Shown here: piece after piece, positions 18,188 through 29,065 of the stretch | Layout: every line of letters starts with the position of its first letter | How positions within the stretch are numbered: position 1 is the first letter of the stretch | Origin: Clostridia bacterium | Lineage (GTDB): Bacteria; Bacillota; Clostridia; Oscillospirales; CAG-272 | DNA: 64,000 nucleotides | Assembly: GCA_017464565.1 (NCBI GenBank) | Contig: JAFTZH010000025.1 | Span: forward strand, 334 to 64,333 | Reading direction: 5' to 3' | The notes under the pieces: model-generated | What the model was told of the DNA's origin: nothing | Databases searched by the model: none | What the model saw: the letters and a program-made list of their open reading frames with translations, nothing else | Position numbers and translations under genes: made by a program

Positions 18188-19633
18188 ATGAAGGTCAACG
18201 TTGGTTGGAACAAGCTGACTATGGCAGAGCTGGCGCGGATATGCGGCGGTATGCTTTGCTGCGTCGGCGGCGAAGATAATAAAGACGTTTCGTTTGATTC
18301 GGTATGTACCGACTCCCGTGAGACCGCCGAGGGCGCTCTTTTCGTCGCGATAGACGGAGAGAGAGTAAACGGACACGACTTTATCGGAGCCGCTCTGTCC
18401 TCCGGCTCGGGCTGCGTTCTCTGCGAGCGTATTCCCGAATCGCTTACCGACAGAAAATACGCCGCGGTCGTAGTGGATGATTCGATAAAGGCTATGGGAG
18501 AGCTTGCGAAGGCTTACGACAGACGCCTCAATCACCGCAAGGTAGCTATTACGGGAAGCGTCGGCAAAACCACTACCAAGGAGTTCGTCGCCGCCGTTCT
18601 TTCCGAAAAGCTCAGGGTACACAAGACCGAGGGAAATTTCAACAGCAATATAGGTATGCCCCTCTCTATGCTTTCTATGAAGCACGATACCGAGGTATCG
18701 GTGCTTGAAATGGGTATGAGCGATTTCGGAGAGATAGATTATCTTTCGAGAATTGCCGAGCCCGATATCGCGATAGTTACGAATATAGGCTCCTCACATA
18801 TGGAAAATCTCGGCTCGCGCGAGAACATATGCAAGGCTAAAATGGAGATAGTAAACGGACTTAAAAAGGGAGGAGCTCTGCTTCTCAACGGAGACGAGCC
18901 GCTTCTGCGCGAGTATAATAATCCCGATTACACGCCCGTTTACGTCGGAATAGACAATAAGGACTGCGATTTCAGAGCGGTCAACCTCAGAAGCAATCTT
19001 ACCTCTACCGCGTTCGAGGTTATATACGGAAACAAGGTAGTCAAGAGGGTTACCATTCCCGCGCTTGGAAAGCACAACGTATACGCGGCGCTTTTCGCGT
19101 ACGCGGTAGGCGTCCGTATGGGACTTGACGACGAGACTATAATGAACGGTCTTAAGAATTTCACCCCCGTAGGTATGAGACAGAATATATACGAGCTTGA
19201 AGGTATCACCGTTATAGAGGACTGCTACAACGCAAGTCCCGAATCTATGCGCGCGGCTATCTCGGTAATGAGAGACCTCAAGGAGAGAAACGGAGGCAGA
19301 ATGACGGCGCTTCTCGGAGATATGTACGAGCTTGGAGATAGCTCCGAGAGACTTCACGAGGAGGTCGGACTTGAGTTCGCGAGACTAGGCGGAAGCGTGC
19401 TATACACCTTCGGCGCGTCTGCCGAGCACATAGCTCTCGGCGCGGTGCTCGGAGGAGTTCTGAACGAGAATATATACCGCAACGGTAACGTAAAGGATCC
19501 CGCGCTCAGCGGAGAGATGATACTCGGAAGCATCAAAAAGGGAGATATACTTCTCATAAAGGCGAGCAGAGGAGCTGCCGCCGAAAGAATAATCAATTAT
19601 CTGAAAGAAAACAGAGACAGAATATGCCTCTGA
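18188..19633 (+). CDS. murF: UDP-N-acetylmuramoyl-tripeptide--D-alanyl-D-alanine ligase MurF
   Basis: Start set at ATG 18188 (SD GGGAGAAGG), downstream of the murE stop. ITGSVGKTTTKE P-loop, Mur ligase domains. Confidence 0.9.
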   Translation: MKVNVGWNKLTMAELARICGGMLCCVGGEDNKDVSFDSVCTDSRETAEGALFVAIDGERVNGHDFIGAALSSGSGCVLCERIPESLTDRKYAAVVVDDSIKAMGELAKAYDRRLNHRKVAITGSVGKTTTKEFVAAVLSEKLRVHKTEGNFNSNIGMPLSMLSMKHDTEVSVLEMGMSDFGEIDYLSRIAEPDIAIVTNIGSSHMENLGSRENICKAKMEIVNGLKKGGALLLNGDEPLLREYNNPDYTPVYVGIDNKDCDFRAVNLRSNLTSTAFEVIYGNKVVKRVTIPALGKHNVYAALFAYAVGVRMGLDDETIMNGLKNFTPVGMRQNIYELEGITVIEDCYNASPESMRAAISVMRDLKERNGGRMTALLGDMYELGDSSERLHEEVGLEFARLGGSVLYTFGASAEHIALGAVLGGVLNENIYRNGNVKDPALSGEMILGSIKKGDILLIKASRGAAAERIINYLKENRDRICL

Positions 19634-19654
19634 TAAAATCGAGGCGGTGGCAGA

Positions 19655-20647
19655 ATGTTTAAGGAATTGTTCGTAAATTTTTTAACGGTTGTTTTTATAT
19701 CCTTTCTGCTGACCGTTATAATATCAAAGATAGTAATACCTATACTCAGAGGTCATAAAATAGGACAGGAGATAAGACCCGAGGGACCCGCTTGGCACAG
19801 AACGAAGGCGGGAACACCCACTATGGGCGGTATCTGCTTTATTATGGCGATTCTTGCTTCTCTTGCCGTTATGACTGTAATATACGCCGTAAGAGGAGAG
19901 CAGAACGAGCTTATCCCTCTGGCGCTCACTCTCGGTCTTGCCGTGGCAAACGGACTCGTCGGCTTCGTTGACGATTACTGTAAGCTTATCAAAAAGCAGA
20001 ACGAGGGTCTTAAGGCTTATCAGAAATTTCTGCTTCAGATACTCGTGGCGGGAATATACGTTTTCGCGCTTACCGCTCTCGGTCATATAGACACCTCTCT
20101 GTCGATACCCTTTACCGATATCTCGCTTGAGCTTGGCTGGGTATATTACGTTTTCGCTATAATCCTTATAGTAGGTATAGTAAACAGCGTTAATCTGACC
20201 GACGGCATAGACGGACTCGCAAGCTCGGTAACGCTCGTCGTGGCGGGCTTTTTCGCGGTGGTAGCCTTCAATATGCTCAACGTGCCGCTCACGCTTATGT
20301 CGGCGGCTCTTATCGGAGGACTTCTCGGATTTCTTATATTCAACGCGCATCCCGCCAAGGTCTTTATGGGAGATACCGGTTCGCTCTTTCTCGGAGGGGC
20401 GGTAACGGGTGCGGCGTTCCTTATCAACGAGCCGCTGATAATAGTTATCGCGGGCGGCGTTTACGTCGCGGAGGCTCTGTCCGACATTATTCAGGTCGCG
20501 AGCTTCAAGATAAGAAATAAGCGCGTTTTCAAGATGGCTCCGATACATCACCATTTTGAGAAATGCGGCTGGAAGGAAGGGAAGATAGTAGCTGTCTTCA
20601 GCACGGTTACTCTTTTTCTGTGCGTTATAGCTTGGTTCGGTCTTTAA
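19655..20647 (+). CDS. mraY: Phospho-N-acetylmuramoyl-pentapeptide transferase MraY
   Basis: TPTMGG, VGFVDDY, NLTDGIDGLA, HHHFE motifs; about 10 TM helices. Confidence 0.96.
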   Translation: MFKELFVNFLTVVFISFLLTVIISKIVIPILRGHKIGQEIRPEGPAWHRTKAGTPTMGGICFIMAILASLAVMTVIYAVRGEQNELIPLALTLGLAVANGLVGFVDDYCKLIKKQNEGLKAYQKFLLQILVAGIYVFALTALGHIDTSLSIPFTDISLELGWVYYVFAIILIVGIVNSVNLTDGIDGLASSVTLVVAGFFAVVAFNMLNVPLTLMSAALIGGLLGFLIFNAHPAKVFMGDTGSLFLGGAVTGAAFLINEPLIIVIAGGVYVAEALSDIIQVASFKIRNKRVFKMAPIHHHFEKCGWKEGKIVAVFSTVTLFLCVIAWFGL

Positions 20648-20671
20648 TACGATTTTCGGAGGTGTGCCGTT

Positions 20672-21991
20672 ATGGATAAGGATAAAGAAAATCAAAATAT
20701 ATCGGCAGAAGAAGCGTCCGAAAATACGAAAGAGACAAAAGATAAAAAGCAGAGCACTGCGGTTCGTATAATAAACGATTACAAAAGAAAAAAAGAGATA
20801 GAGAGCGCGTATAACGACGTTATTTTCAGCGAGCCTCTCAGCGGAGTGCCCGAGGAGAAGCCCGAGCCGCTCAGACGCGGCAATATCGACGTGTGGTTTT
20901 TCATATGGGCGATGATGCTGATTTGCTTCGGCGCGGTTATGTCTTACAGCGCGAGCGCGGTTTACGCCGAGACGAGATACGACAGTTCTACTTATTTTTT
21001 GGTACGCTATATAGCCTTTTCGGCAGTAGCCATAGTCGCCACCGTTCCGTTCGTGCTTTTTGCGCGCCCTTGGTTCTGGAAGATATTCGGCGCGGCAAGT
21101 TACGCCGTCTCGATTCCGCTTCTTATATGGGTAGCGGTAGCGGGCGACAGCGGCGGCGGAGCGCAGAGATGGATAGAGATAGGTCCTATAACGATACAGC
21201 CCTCGGAGATAGCGAAGATGGCGATAGTTATGGTGCTGGCGCTCTATCTTTCAAAATATGAAAAGGAAGTTAATTCAAGACATAAATTCGGCGGAAATTT
21301 CAAGCACGGATTTCTTATACCGATGATATTCGTAGGCGTGCTTTGCGCTCTTATAATCATTCAGCCTCACCTGTCGGGAACGATAATCGTCGGAATGATA
21401 GGAATGGTAATGATGTTTCTTGGCGGAACGCGTCCGAAATGGCTTCTTATTTTTCTCGGAATTATTGCCGTTGCGGGCTGTATATTCCTGCTGTTTTTCG
21501 GATATTCGGTAGAGCGTATACAGATATGGCTCAATATTGAAAATATGGACCCCCTCGGAGATGCTTGGCAAACGCTCCAGGGACTTTACGCGATAGGCTC
21601 GGGAGGATTTTTCGGCGTCGGACTCGGAGGCAGCCGGCAGAAGTTCGGATACGTTTCCCAGCCGCAGAACGACTTTATTTTTACGATAATCTGCGAGGAG
21701 CTTGGATTCGTCGGCGCGTTCTTCGTAATATTTTTGTTCTCGCTCCTTATTTGGAGAGGAATCAAGATAGGACAGAGAGCACCCGATAAATTCAGCGCGC
21801 TCGTCGTTTGGGGACTGACCTTCAAGATAGCGCTTCAGACGGCGCTGAACATAGCGGTGGTTACCAACTCTATGCCCAACACGGGAATATCGCTTCCGTT
21901 TTTCAGTTCGGGAGGAACCTCGCTTATGCTGCAGATATTCGAGATAGGAATAATACTTTCGATATCGAGATATTCGGCGCAAAAACAATAA
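20672..21991 (+). CDS. ftsW: SEDS-family peptidoglycan polymerase FtsW/SpoVE with ~75-aa charged N-terminal extension
   Basis: QPSEIAKMAIV, GLGGSRQKFGYVSQPQNDFIF, PNTGISLPFFSSGGTS motifs. Confidence 0.9.
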   Translation: MDKDKENQNISAEEASENTKETKDKKQSTAVRIINDYKRKKEIESAYNDVIFSEPLSGVPEEKPEPLRRGNIDVWFFIWAMMLICFGAVMSYSASAVYAETRYDSSTYFLVRYIAFSAVAIVATVPFVLFARPWFWKIFGAASYAVSIPLLIWVAVAGDSGGGAQRWIEIGPITIQPSEIAKMAIVMVLALYLSKYEKEVNSRHKFGGNFKHGFLIPMIFVGVLCALIIIQPHLSGTIIVGMIGMVMMFLGGTRPKWLLIFLGIIAVAGCIFLLFFGYSVERIQIWLNIENMDPLGDAWQTLQGLYAIGSGGFFGVGLGGSRQKFGYVSQPQNDFIFTIICEELGFVGAFFVIFLFSLLIWRGIKIGQRAPDKFSALVVWGLTFKIALQTALNIAVVTNSMPNTGISLPFFSSGGTSLMLQIFEIGIILSISRYSAQKQ

Positions 21992-22065
21992 AAGACTTAA
22001 AATAGCCCCGCTTTCCTGAAATGACAGCGGGGCTGATTTTTGATTTACGTTCATAGGAGGATGCC

Positions 22066-23190
22066 GTGAGAATTTTAATGACGGGCGGAGGCACGGGAGG
22101 GCACGTAAACCCCGCGCTCGCGATAGCCGAGATAATAAAGACAAATCAACCCAATTCCGAGATAGCCTTCGTCGGAACCGAAAAGGGAATTGAAAACAAG
22201 CTCGTTCCCAAGGCGGGATATAAGCTGTACCATATCAATATACAGGGAATACGCCGTTCGCTCTCTCCGTCAAACATTAAAACGGCGTACCTCGTGCTTA
22301 CCTCTCCGCGCGCGGCGAAAAGGATAATAAAGGAATTTAAGCCCGATATCGTAATAGGCACGGGAGGCTACGTTTGCTGGCCCCTGCTCAAGGCGGCGTC
22401 GGATATGGGGATACCCTCTATGGTGCACGAATCCAACGCTATCGCGGGAGTTGCCGTAAAGCAGCTTAAAAACAAGGTGGACGTTATAATGACGAATTTT
22501 GCTTCCACCGCGGACTCTCTCGGAGCCAAAGCCAAGACCGTAAGGGTCGGCAATCCTATAAACGCGGGGTTCGGACGCTTGAGCAAGTCGGAGGCGAGAC
22601 GGATTCTCGGTATACCCGAAAGCGTAAGGACGGTAGTGCTGTCCTGCGGTGGAAGCCTCGGAGCTTCAAGGGTGAACGAAGCGGCTCTTGAGCTGATGGA
22701 GAATTTTTCAGCTAAAGATAAGGATGTTTTCCACTATCACGCATTCGGACGCATAGGAGCCGGAAATATGCCCGAGGAGCTTCGCAAAAGGTCTCTTGAT
22801 AAGTGCGAAAATCTTCGCGTATCGGAATATATATACGATATGCCTGCGGTTATGTCGGCGGCGGACGTGGTGATATGCCGCGCGGGAGCTATGACGCTAT
22901 CCGAAATAGCCTCTATGCGTAAGGCGGCGGTTATAATCCCGTCCCCCAACGTTACCGATAACCACCAATATAAAAACGCGAAGGTTCTTGCCGACGCGGG
23001 CGCCGCGGTGCTCGTGGAGGAGAGTGAGCTTGCGTCAAGACCTCTTTCCGCCGAGGTGAGAAGGCTTGCGGAGAGCGCTGAGCTTCGCGCGGCTATGGAG
23101 GAAAAGATAGCCGAGTTCGCGTCTGACGACGCGGGCAAAGCGATATACCGTGAGATATGCGCTCTGACGAGTGAAAAAAAGAGTAAGTAA
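22066..23190 (+). CDS. murG: UDP-N-acetylglucosamine--N-acetylmuramyl-(pentapeptide) pyrophosphoryl-undecaprenol GlcNAc transferase MurG
   Basis: GTG start after AGGAGG; MRILMTGGGTGGHVNPALAIAE, RAGAMTLSEI. Confidence 0.95.
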   Translation: MRILMTGGGTGGHVNPALAIAEIIKTNQPNSEIAFVGTEKGIENKLVPKAGYKLYHINIQGIRRSLSPSNIKTAYLVLTSPRAAKRIIKEFKPDIVIGTGGYVCWPLLKAASDMGIPSMVHESNAIAGVAVKQLKNKVDVIMTNFASTADSLGAKAKTVRVGNPINAGFGRLSKSEARRILGIPESVRTVVLSCGGSLGASRVNEAALELMENFSAKDKDVFHYHAFGRIGAGNMPEELRKRSLDKCENLRVSEYIYDMPAVMSAADVVICRAGAMTLSEIASMRKAAVIIPSPNVTDNHQYKNAKVLADAGAAVLVEESELASRPLSAEVRRLAESAELRAAMEEKIAEFASDDAGKAIYREICALTSEKKSK

Positions 23191-23207
23191 AATTTTGGAG
23201 GATAGCC

Positions 23208-24047
23208 GTGAAAAAGCGTGCGTCGGGTAAGGCCGAAAGGGTAATAGAAATAGACCTTATAATGTTTATAAAAGCGGTTGTTATCGTCGTGATGTGCGCG
23301 CTTGCCGTCGCGGGACTCGTGGGGCTTGTAAGGAGCTTTATGAGGGTTTCCGTGTTCGAGATAAGCGGCGATTATCCGTACGAGAGAGAGGATATTATCA
23401 ACGCGGCGGGAATAAAATACGGCAGCAAGCTTTACGGCGTCGATTACGAGACGGCTGCAAAAAACATAAAGGCAAAATGTCCGTATATCGACAAGGTGGA
23501 GATAGAGAGCAAATTTCCAAACAAGATAAAAATAACGGTAGAATCTCTGACTGCCTCGTGGTACGTTGAGATAGTAGGAGATTATTACGCGCTTGACGCG
23601 AATCTCAAGGTGCTTGAGGAGACCGCCGACAATTCAAAATTCATCAAGGGAAAGATACCGCGGCTCGTTCTGCCAAACGTAAAAAAGGCGGTCGTAGGCT
23701 CGGTGCTTGAGTTTGGAGCTAACGACACCGAGATAAGATTTGCCAACGAGTTTATGGAGATGCTTAAGATGACGACCTTTACGTCCCGCCTTACGCTGGT
23801 GGATATAGAGCATCGCTTTGAGATATACATTCAGGTGGACGAAACGATAAACGTGTACGTCGGAAGCTCGGAGAGCGCGGCGTCAAAGCTTGACGCGGTG
23901 GAAACGGCTCTCGGAGACTCACGGCTTGAAAATTGCGTAAGCGCGGAGATAGACGTGTCGGATCCGTCTATGGTCTACGTAAGACCGGTTTACGATTACG
24001 GAACGTCGGGAAACGGCGAGCAGGATAACGAGGGAGAGGCGGCTTGA
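23208..24047 (+). CDS. ftsQ: FtsQ/DivIB-type division protein (TM + POTRA)
   Basis: GTG start after GGAGGA. Single TM AVVIVVMCALAVAGLVGLV, POTRA-like VFEISGDYPYEREDIINAAGIKYGSKLY; position between murG and ftsZ. Confidence 0.7.
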   Translation: MKKRASGKAERVIEIDLIMFIKAVVIVVMCALAVAGLVGLVRSFMRVSVFEISGDYPYEREDIINAAGIKYGSKLYGVDYETAAKNIKAKCPYIDKVEIESKFPNKIKITVESLTASWYVEIVGDYYALDANLKVLEETADNSKFIKGKIPRLVLPNVKKAVVGSVLEFGANDTEIRFANEFMEMLKMTTFTSRLTLVDIEHRFEIYIQVDETINVYVGSSESAASKLDAVETALGDSRLENCVSAEIDVSDPSMVYVRPVYDYGTSGNGEQDNEGEAA

Positions 24048-24066
24048 GGGCCTCTCCCTCGTTTTA
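24030..24066 (+). terminator. Intrinsic terminator overlapping the ftsQ stop
   Basis: gagggagaggcggcttgagggcctctccctc + gtttta. Confidence 0.6.
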
Positions 24067-24226
24067 TTACCGAAAAAAGAGATAAAAATTTGTAAAAATA
24101 TAATTAAATTTAAAAAAAGGTATTGCAAAATATTGAAAAATATATTATTATATTAATATATAAATATTGTTTTGCATAGTACGTATGAAAAACTAAAGCA
24201 ATGATAAAATTTGGGAGGATATAAAA

Positions 24227-25381
24227 ATGACTTTTGAACACGATGACAGCTGCGAATGCGGCGTATGTATCAAGGTTATAGGTGTCGGAGGCGGCGGAAA
24301 TAACGCTGTCAACAGAATGATTTCTAAGAACATAAAGGGTGTTGATTTCGTTACTATCAATACCGACAGACAGGCTCTCGGCCGTTCAAGCGCACCTACA
24401 CAACTTGTTATCGGTGAAAAGATTACCAAGGGCTTTGGCGCAGGTGCCAAACCCGAAATCGGTACCCGCGCGGCTGAAGAATCTGTTGAGGAGCTCAAGG
24501 CTATCCTTGCAGGCACGGATATGGTATTTATAACCGCCGGAATGGGAGGCGGTACGGGAACCGGAGCGGCACCCGTCGTAGCGAGAATCGCGCACGAGAT
24601 GGATATTCTTACCGTTGCCATAGTTACCAAGCCCTTCTTGTTTGAGGGACCGAAGAGAATGAATCAGGCTATCGAGGGTATCGAGGAGCTTCGTCAGTAC
24701 GTTGACTCGCTGGTGGTAATCCCCAACGAGAGACTTAAACAGGTTTCCGATACGAGAATAACTCTCTTTAACGCTTTCGAGGCGGTTGACGACATTCTCC
24801 GCCGCGGTGTTCAGAGTATATCTGACCTTATAAACGTTCCCGGATTTATCAACCTTGACTTTGCGGATATTACGTCGGTTATGGCTCATTCGGGTCTTGC
24901 TCATATGGGTATAGGAAACGCTACGGGTAAGGACAAGGCAGAGGTTGCCGCTAAAATGGCTATCTCCAGCCCCTTGCTTGAGACCTCCATTAAGGGTGCT
25001 ACGGGCGTAGTTATCAGTATATACGCTTCTCCCGATGTCGGACTTGAGGACGTTGACCTTGCTTCCACGATGATAGCCAACGAGTGCAATCCCGAAGCTA
25101 ATATCATTTGGGGTGTCGCGTTTGATCCCGAGCTTGAGGACGAAATGAGAATCACCATAGTCGCAACGGGATTTGAGAGAAAGCCCGAGGATGCCGTTCG
25201 CAACAATCCCGTCGTCGTAAAGAAGGCAGAAGAGAAGGTTGAGGAGCCTGCGGCAGAGGAAGAAAAAGCAGAGGAAGAGAAGCCTGAAGAGGTTCAGGCA
25301 GAAGCTCCCAAGGCTAAAGCAAAATCCTCCGACGAGTTCGACCTTGACGATTTCTTCGGAGACGTTTTCGGTAAGAACTGA
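24227..25381 (+). CDS. ftsZ: Cell division GTPase FtsZ
   Basis: IKVIGVGGGGNNAVNRM, GGGTGTGAAPVVA tubulin signature, E/K/A-rich linker, C-terminal DEFDLDDFFGDVFGKN peptide. Confidence 0.97.
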   Translation: MTFEHDDSCECGVCIKVIGVGGGGNNAVNRMISKNIKGVDFVTINTDRQALGRSSAPTQLVIGEKITKGFGAGAKPEIGTRAAEESVEELKAILAGTDMVFITAGMGGGTGTGAAPVVARIAHEMDILTVAIVTKPFLFEGPKRMNQAIEGIEELRQYVDSLVVIPNERLKQVSDTRITLFNAFEAVDDILRRGVQSISDLINVPGFINLDFADITSVMAHSGLAHMGIGNATGKDKAEVAAKMAISSPLLETSIKGATGVVISIYASPDVGLEDVDLASTMIANECNPEANIIWGVAFDPELEDEMRITIVATGFERKPEDAVRNNPVVVKKAEEKVEEPAAEEEKAEEEKPEEVQAEAPKAKAKSSDEFDLDDFFGDVFGKN

Positions 25382-25400
25382 TAAATTATTGATAAGCTTT

Positions 25401-25426
25401 CCGCAGACCGATTTATCGGTCTGCGG
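25401..25426 (+). terminator. Hairpin after ftsZ
   Basis: ccgcagaccgatttatcggtctgcgg followed by an A/T-rich tail. Confidence 0.55.
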
Positions 25427-25465
25427 AATTTAATTAAATTCGTTTTTGATTGGAATACTTTTGAA

Positions 25466-26200
25466 ATGACAGAAATTATATCGTATCTGACTTCGCTTTC
25501 TCTGTGGGGAAGCATAGTGAATTGCCTAACGGTAATTCTCGGCTCGAGCGCGGGGCTTATAGTTCGGCGCTTTATGAAAAAAGGCGCGGAGGGCGGAAGG
25601 CTCAGCCGTATTGCCGACGCCTTAATGAAGGGAATAGCGCTTTGCGTTCTGCTTATAGGTATAAGCGGAGCGATAGAAACTCAAAATATAATTATAGTTA
25701 TTATATCAATAGTGATAGGCGCGGTTATCGGAGAGCTTTGCAATCTCGATGCGGGAATAGAGAAGCTCGGTAATAAGATAGAGGAAAAAACCAAGGGGCG
25801 TTTCGGTAACGTAACGCAGGGCTTTGTAAGCGCGTGCCTGTTGTTCTGCGTCGGCTCGATGACCATTGTCGGATCGCTCAACAGCGGACTTTCGGGAGAC
25901 CATACTATGCTTTATACCAAGTCGCTGTTGGATTTGATATCCTCATTCGTTTTTGCGTCAACGCTCGGCTTTGGGGTTTTGTTCTCGTCGGTGTTCGTGC
26001 TCGTTTTTCAAGGCAGTATAACCTTGCTCGCGGCTTGGATAGCTCCTTTTTTGAACGCGGTGACTATAACCGAGATGACGGCGGTCGGCTCGTTGCTTAT
26101 AATCGGACTTGCGCTCAATATGCTCGGTATCACCAAAATAAAGATAATGAATTATATCCCCGCGATATTTATTCCGATATTCGTGTATTTGATAATATAA
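25466..26200 (+). CDS. DUF554-type (YdfK/YqgA-like) integral membrane protein
   Basis: 244 aa. GSIVNCLTVILGSSAGLIVRR..MKGIALCVLLIGISGA..FCVGSMTIVGS pattern recalled from DUF554; weak SD. Confidence 0.6.
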   Translation: MTEIISYLTSLSLWGSIVNCLTVILGSSAGLIVRRFMKKGAEGGRLSRIADALMKGIALCVLLIGISGAIETQNIIIVIISIVIGAVIGELCNLDAGIEKLGNKIEEKTKGRFGNVTQGFVSACLLFCVGSMTIVGSLNSGLSGDHTMLYTKSLLDLISSFVFASTLGFGVLFSSVFVLVFQGSITLLAAWIAPFLNAVTITEMTAVGSLLIIGLALNMLGITKIKIMNYIPAIFIPIFVYLII

Positions 26201-26275
26201 AAAGCAGGAGCAACCTACTTATATATTGATAAAGCACAGAGCTATGAAATGAGCTCTGTGCTTTTTGTGCTTTTT

Positions 26276-26608
26276 TCAGAAAATCCCTTTATTATATTTT
26301 ATCATAGCGTAGAAGCTGAGGATAAGACCTGCCGCTATACCCGCGAAAAGCAGACAAAGACCTGCGGGCAATATCCAAAAAAGCGCGAATTTGTCGTGAA
26401 GCCAAAGAAAGACCGAAAAGAGAATTACCGAAGCACCGACCGCAAGCGTTCCGCCGCCGACAAGACGCCCAAAAACGCGCTTGTTCTCCTCGGTTACTCT
26501 CTGTCTGTGATACCAATGGATAGAGGACAAATTTCCGCGCATATTCAGTATCCCGAGTACGCAAATGAGAGCGCCGAGCGCGATAACTATAAGATACGTA
26601 ACTACCAT
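26276..26608 (-). CDS. Small membrane protein (3 TM), unknown function
   Basis: 110 aa. Its ATG directly abuts the rbsK TAA stop (26606-26611), with SD GGGGAGG inside the rbsK 3' end. Confidence 0.6.
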   Translation of the reverse strand: MVVTYLIVIALGALICVLGILNMRGNLSSIHWYHRQRVTEENKRVFGRLVGGGTLAVGASVILFSVFLWLHDKFALFWILPAGLCLLFAGIAAGLILSFYAMIKYNKGIF

Positions 26609-27511
26609 TTAAGCCTCCCCGAATTTTGCGAGAAGCGCCTCTACCTCGTCTTTCGTGGGTATAGAGGGTGCCGCACCCTTGCGGGATACCGCAACTGCGG
26701 ACGCGGCGGAGGCTATCTTAAGGGCTTTGGCGGGCGAGCTTCCGCCCATTATCTCCGCGAAGAAATATCCCGTAAAGGTATCTCCAGCGGCGGTGGTGTC
26801 AACGACGGGAACGTTGAATATTCCGTGGCTCGCGCGCTCGTTCTTGTAGGCGTAAAGCGCGCCGTGCTTTCCGAGAGTGAGAACTATCTTTATCTCGGGA
26901 TAGGAGGAATTGAGAGCCGCGATGATATCGTCTGCCTTTTCCTTGCCCGTTATTTCCTGTCCCTCGGTCTCGTTGAGTATTATCCAATCTATAAGAGAGA
27001 GGTCAAGCTCCTTTATCTTGTCGTTGAAGGGAGAGGGGTTGAGCGCTATAATTATACCTTTCTTTTTAGCCTGCTCGACTATGTAGGGGAGATTGTTTAT
27101 CTCGTTCTGGAGCATCATCATATCGCCCGCTCCAAAGCCCGCGAGAACCCCGTCAACCATATCGTTTGATATAGTATGGTTAGCGCCGCCGTAAAGGAGA
27201 ATACAGTTCTCACCGTGCGAGTTTACCTGAATGATAGCGTGTCCGCAGGAGATATCGTCTCTTACGGTAACGAAATCGGTACGTACGCCCGCGCTCTTCA
27301 GCATATCGGTGAGCATAGCGCCTTCTTTTCCGATGCTTCCCGCGTGATAGGTGTCGGCGCCCGCCTTGGAGAATGCTACCGACTGATTAAGTCCCTTTCC
27401 GCCGCAAAAAAGATTGAGCGAGTCGGAGGATATCGTCTCGCCCGCGCGGACGAAATGCTCTACCGAATAAACGTAGTCGATGTTCAAGGAACCAAAATTC
27501 AAGATTTTCAT
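26609..27511 (-). CDS. rbsK: Ribokinase (PfkB family)
   Basis: MKILNFGSLNIDYVY..GGKGLNQSVA..NETE..DTTAAGDTFTGYF PfkB signatures. Confidence 0.85.
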   Translation of the reverse strand: MKILNFGSLNIDYVYSVEHFVRAGETISSDSLNLFCGGKGLNQSVAFSKAGADTYHAGSIGKEGAMLTDMLKSAGVRTDFVTVRDDISCGHAIIQVNSHGENCILLYGGANHTISNDMVDGVLAGFGAGDMMMLQNEINNLPYIVEQAKKKGIIIALNPSPFNDKIKELDLSLIDWIILNETEGQEITGKEKADDIIAALNSSYPEIKIVLTLGKHGALYAYKNERASHGIFNVPVVDTTAAGDTFTGYFFAEIMGGSSPAKALKIASAASAVAVSRKGAAPSIPTKDEVEALLAKFGEA

Positions 27512-27637
27512 TTTTCCACCTCTCGTTAGGAATATTTAGCAATATAAAGTATCAATTGATTATACCATTAATCAAGCGTAAAGTCAATGTCTCATTTTTA
27601 CAATTTTTTTACCGAGGATATATCTTTTAGGTAAAAT

Positions 27638-28945
27638 TTATTCTGACTTTCCCGAAAGATGATTTACGAATTGCTGTGCCGTTCTTCCCGATATGCCTCC
27701 GTGACGCATCTCCCATTTGTGAGCCTCCGCGATTATCTCCTCGTCGCTTGCCGATATAGAGGGATGCTTTCTCGCAAGCTCAAGCACGATGTTCTCAAAT
27801 TCAGCCTTTGAGGGCTTGAGATATCCGATAGTCAGACCGAAGCGGTTTACGAGCGAAAGCTTTTCCTCGACGGTCTCCGAACGATGAATATCCTCCTGAT
27901 ACTGCGTGTCGTTTCTGTCCTTGAAGCTCTCCTTTATGAGATGCCGTCTGTTTGAGGTTGCGTATATGAGTACGTTGTCGGGCTTTGTTTCAACTCCGCC
28001 CTCGATTATAGCCTTGAGATATTTATACTCGGTTTCGTTGTCCTCAAACGAGAGGTCGTCCATATATATTATAAATTTATAATTGCGGTTCTTTACCTGT
28101 GAAATGACGGTTGAGAGGTCCTTGAACTGATGCTTGTATATCTCTATCATTCGCAGACCTCTATCGTAATATTTGTTGACTATTGCTTTTATGCTCGTGG
28201 ATTTTCCCGTACCGCTGTCGCCGTAGAGAAGTACGTTGTTGGCGGGCTTTCCGGAGATAAAGGCTTCGGTATTGGCTACGAGCGCGTTCTTTTGAAGCTC
28301 GTATCCTACGAGGTCGGAGAGCATTACCTTTTCCATATTCGTGATAGGGGAGAGAGCTACGCTGCCGCCGTCGTATTTGAGTCTGAAGGCTTTGTTAAGT
28401 CCCAGCGTTCCGACGCCGTGGCTCTTATAAAATCCGCTCACCGCCTCCAAGACCTCACTACCGTTCCTTGCCGCTTCTATCTCACGGCTGAGCGCGCGGA
28501 CCTTTTCGCTGACGTTCTTGTTGTATATCTGCTCTCTTTTGGGGATAGCCTTGTAGTCGGATATTATAGAAAAGCAGTTTATATCAAGCTTCTTTTCTAT
28601 CTCCGAAAAATCGTAATCGAAAAGCTTTTTAAATATGGAAAAATCGTTCTCGGCAAACAGATTTACCGTTCCGTCCTGCTTTCCCGTTTTTTCATAGGTA
28701 AAGCTGAAGGGATTTTCGTTCGTGATGATGAAATATGTGAGATAGTTGTGCCAGAGATTGTTGTCGAAGCCGTATTTCGTCGCAAGCTCCAGAAGCCGTC
28801 TTATTTCGGTGAAGATATCGTTTTTCAGATGCTCCGGCGTGTCCGCTCCGCTGTGAAAGCGCTCGAATATGTTTCCGAGACGCGAGAGGATACTTTCTTC
28901 GTTCGCTTGACGGTATATGATGAGATTTGAAAGCAGTTTGTCCAT
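27638..28945 (-). CDS. DUF815-type P-loop (AAA-like) ATPase
   Basis: 435 aa. [19 protein letters not shown] Walker [11 protein letters not shown] Walker B, C-terminal ..[16 protein letters not shown] typical of the DUF815 family as recalled. Confidence 0.7.
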   Translation of the reverse strand: MDKLLSNLIIYRQANEESILSRLGNIFERFHSGADTPEHLKNDIFTEIRRLLELATKYGFDNNLWHNYLTYFIITNENPFSFTYEKTGKQDGTVNLFAENDFSIFKKLFDYDFSEIEKKLDINCFSIISDYKAIPKREQIYNKNVSEKVRALSREIEAARNGSEVLEAVSGFYKSHGVGTLGLNKAFRLKYDGGSVALSPITNMEKVMLSDLVGYELQKNALVANTEAFISGKPANNVLLYGDSGTGKSTSIKAIVNKYYDRGLRMIEIYKHQFKDLSTVISQVKNRNYKFIIYMDDLSFEDNETEYKYLKAIIEGGVETKPDNVLIYATSNRRHLIKESFKDRNDTQYQEDIHRSETVEEKLSLVNRFGLTIGYLKPSKAEFENIVLELARKHPSISASDEEIIAEAHKWEMRHGGISGRTAQQFVNHLSGKSE

Positions 28946-29065
28946 AAATAGCCTCTGTTATGATATATATTATTAAAGTAAATTATATCGAATTTGACTC
29001 TCAAAGTCAACGGTATTTTTAATTATGAAAAGAATAAAAAAATAAAGCTTTTTCCTCCAAAGGTA

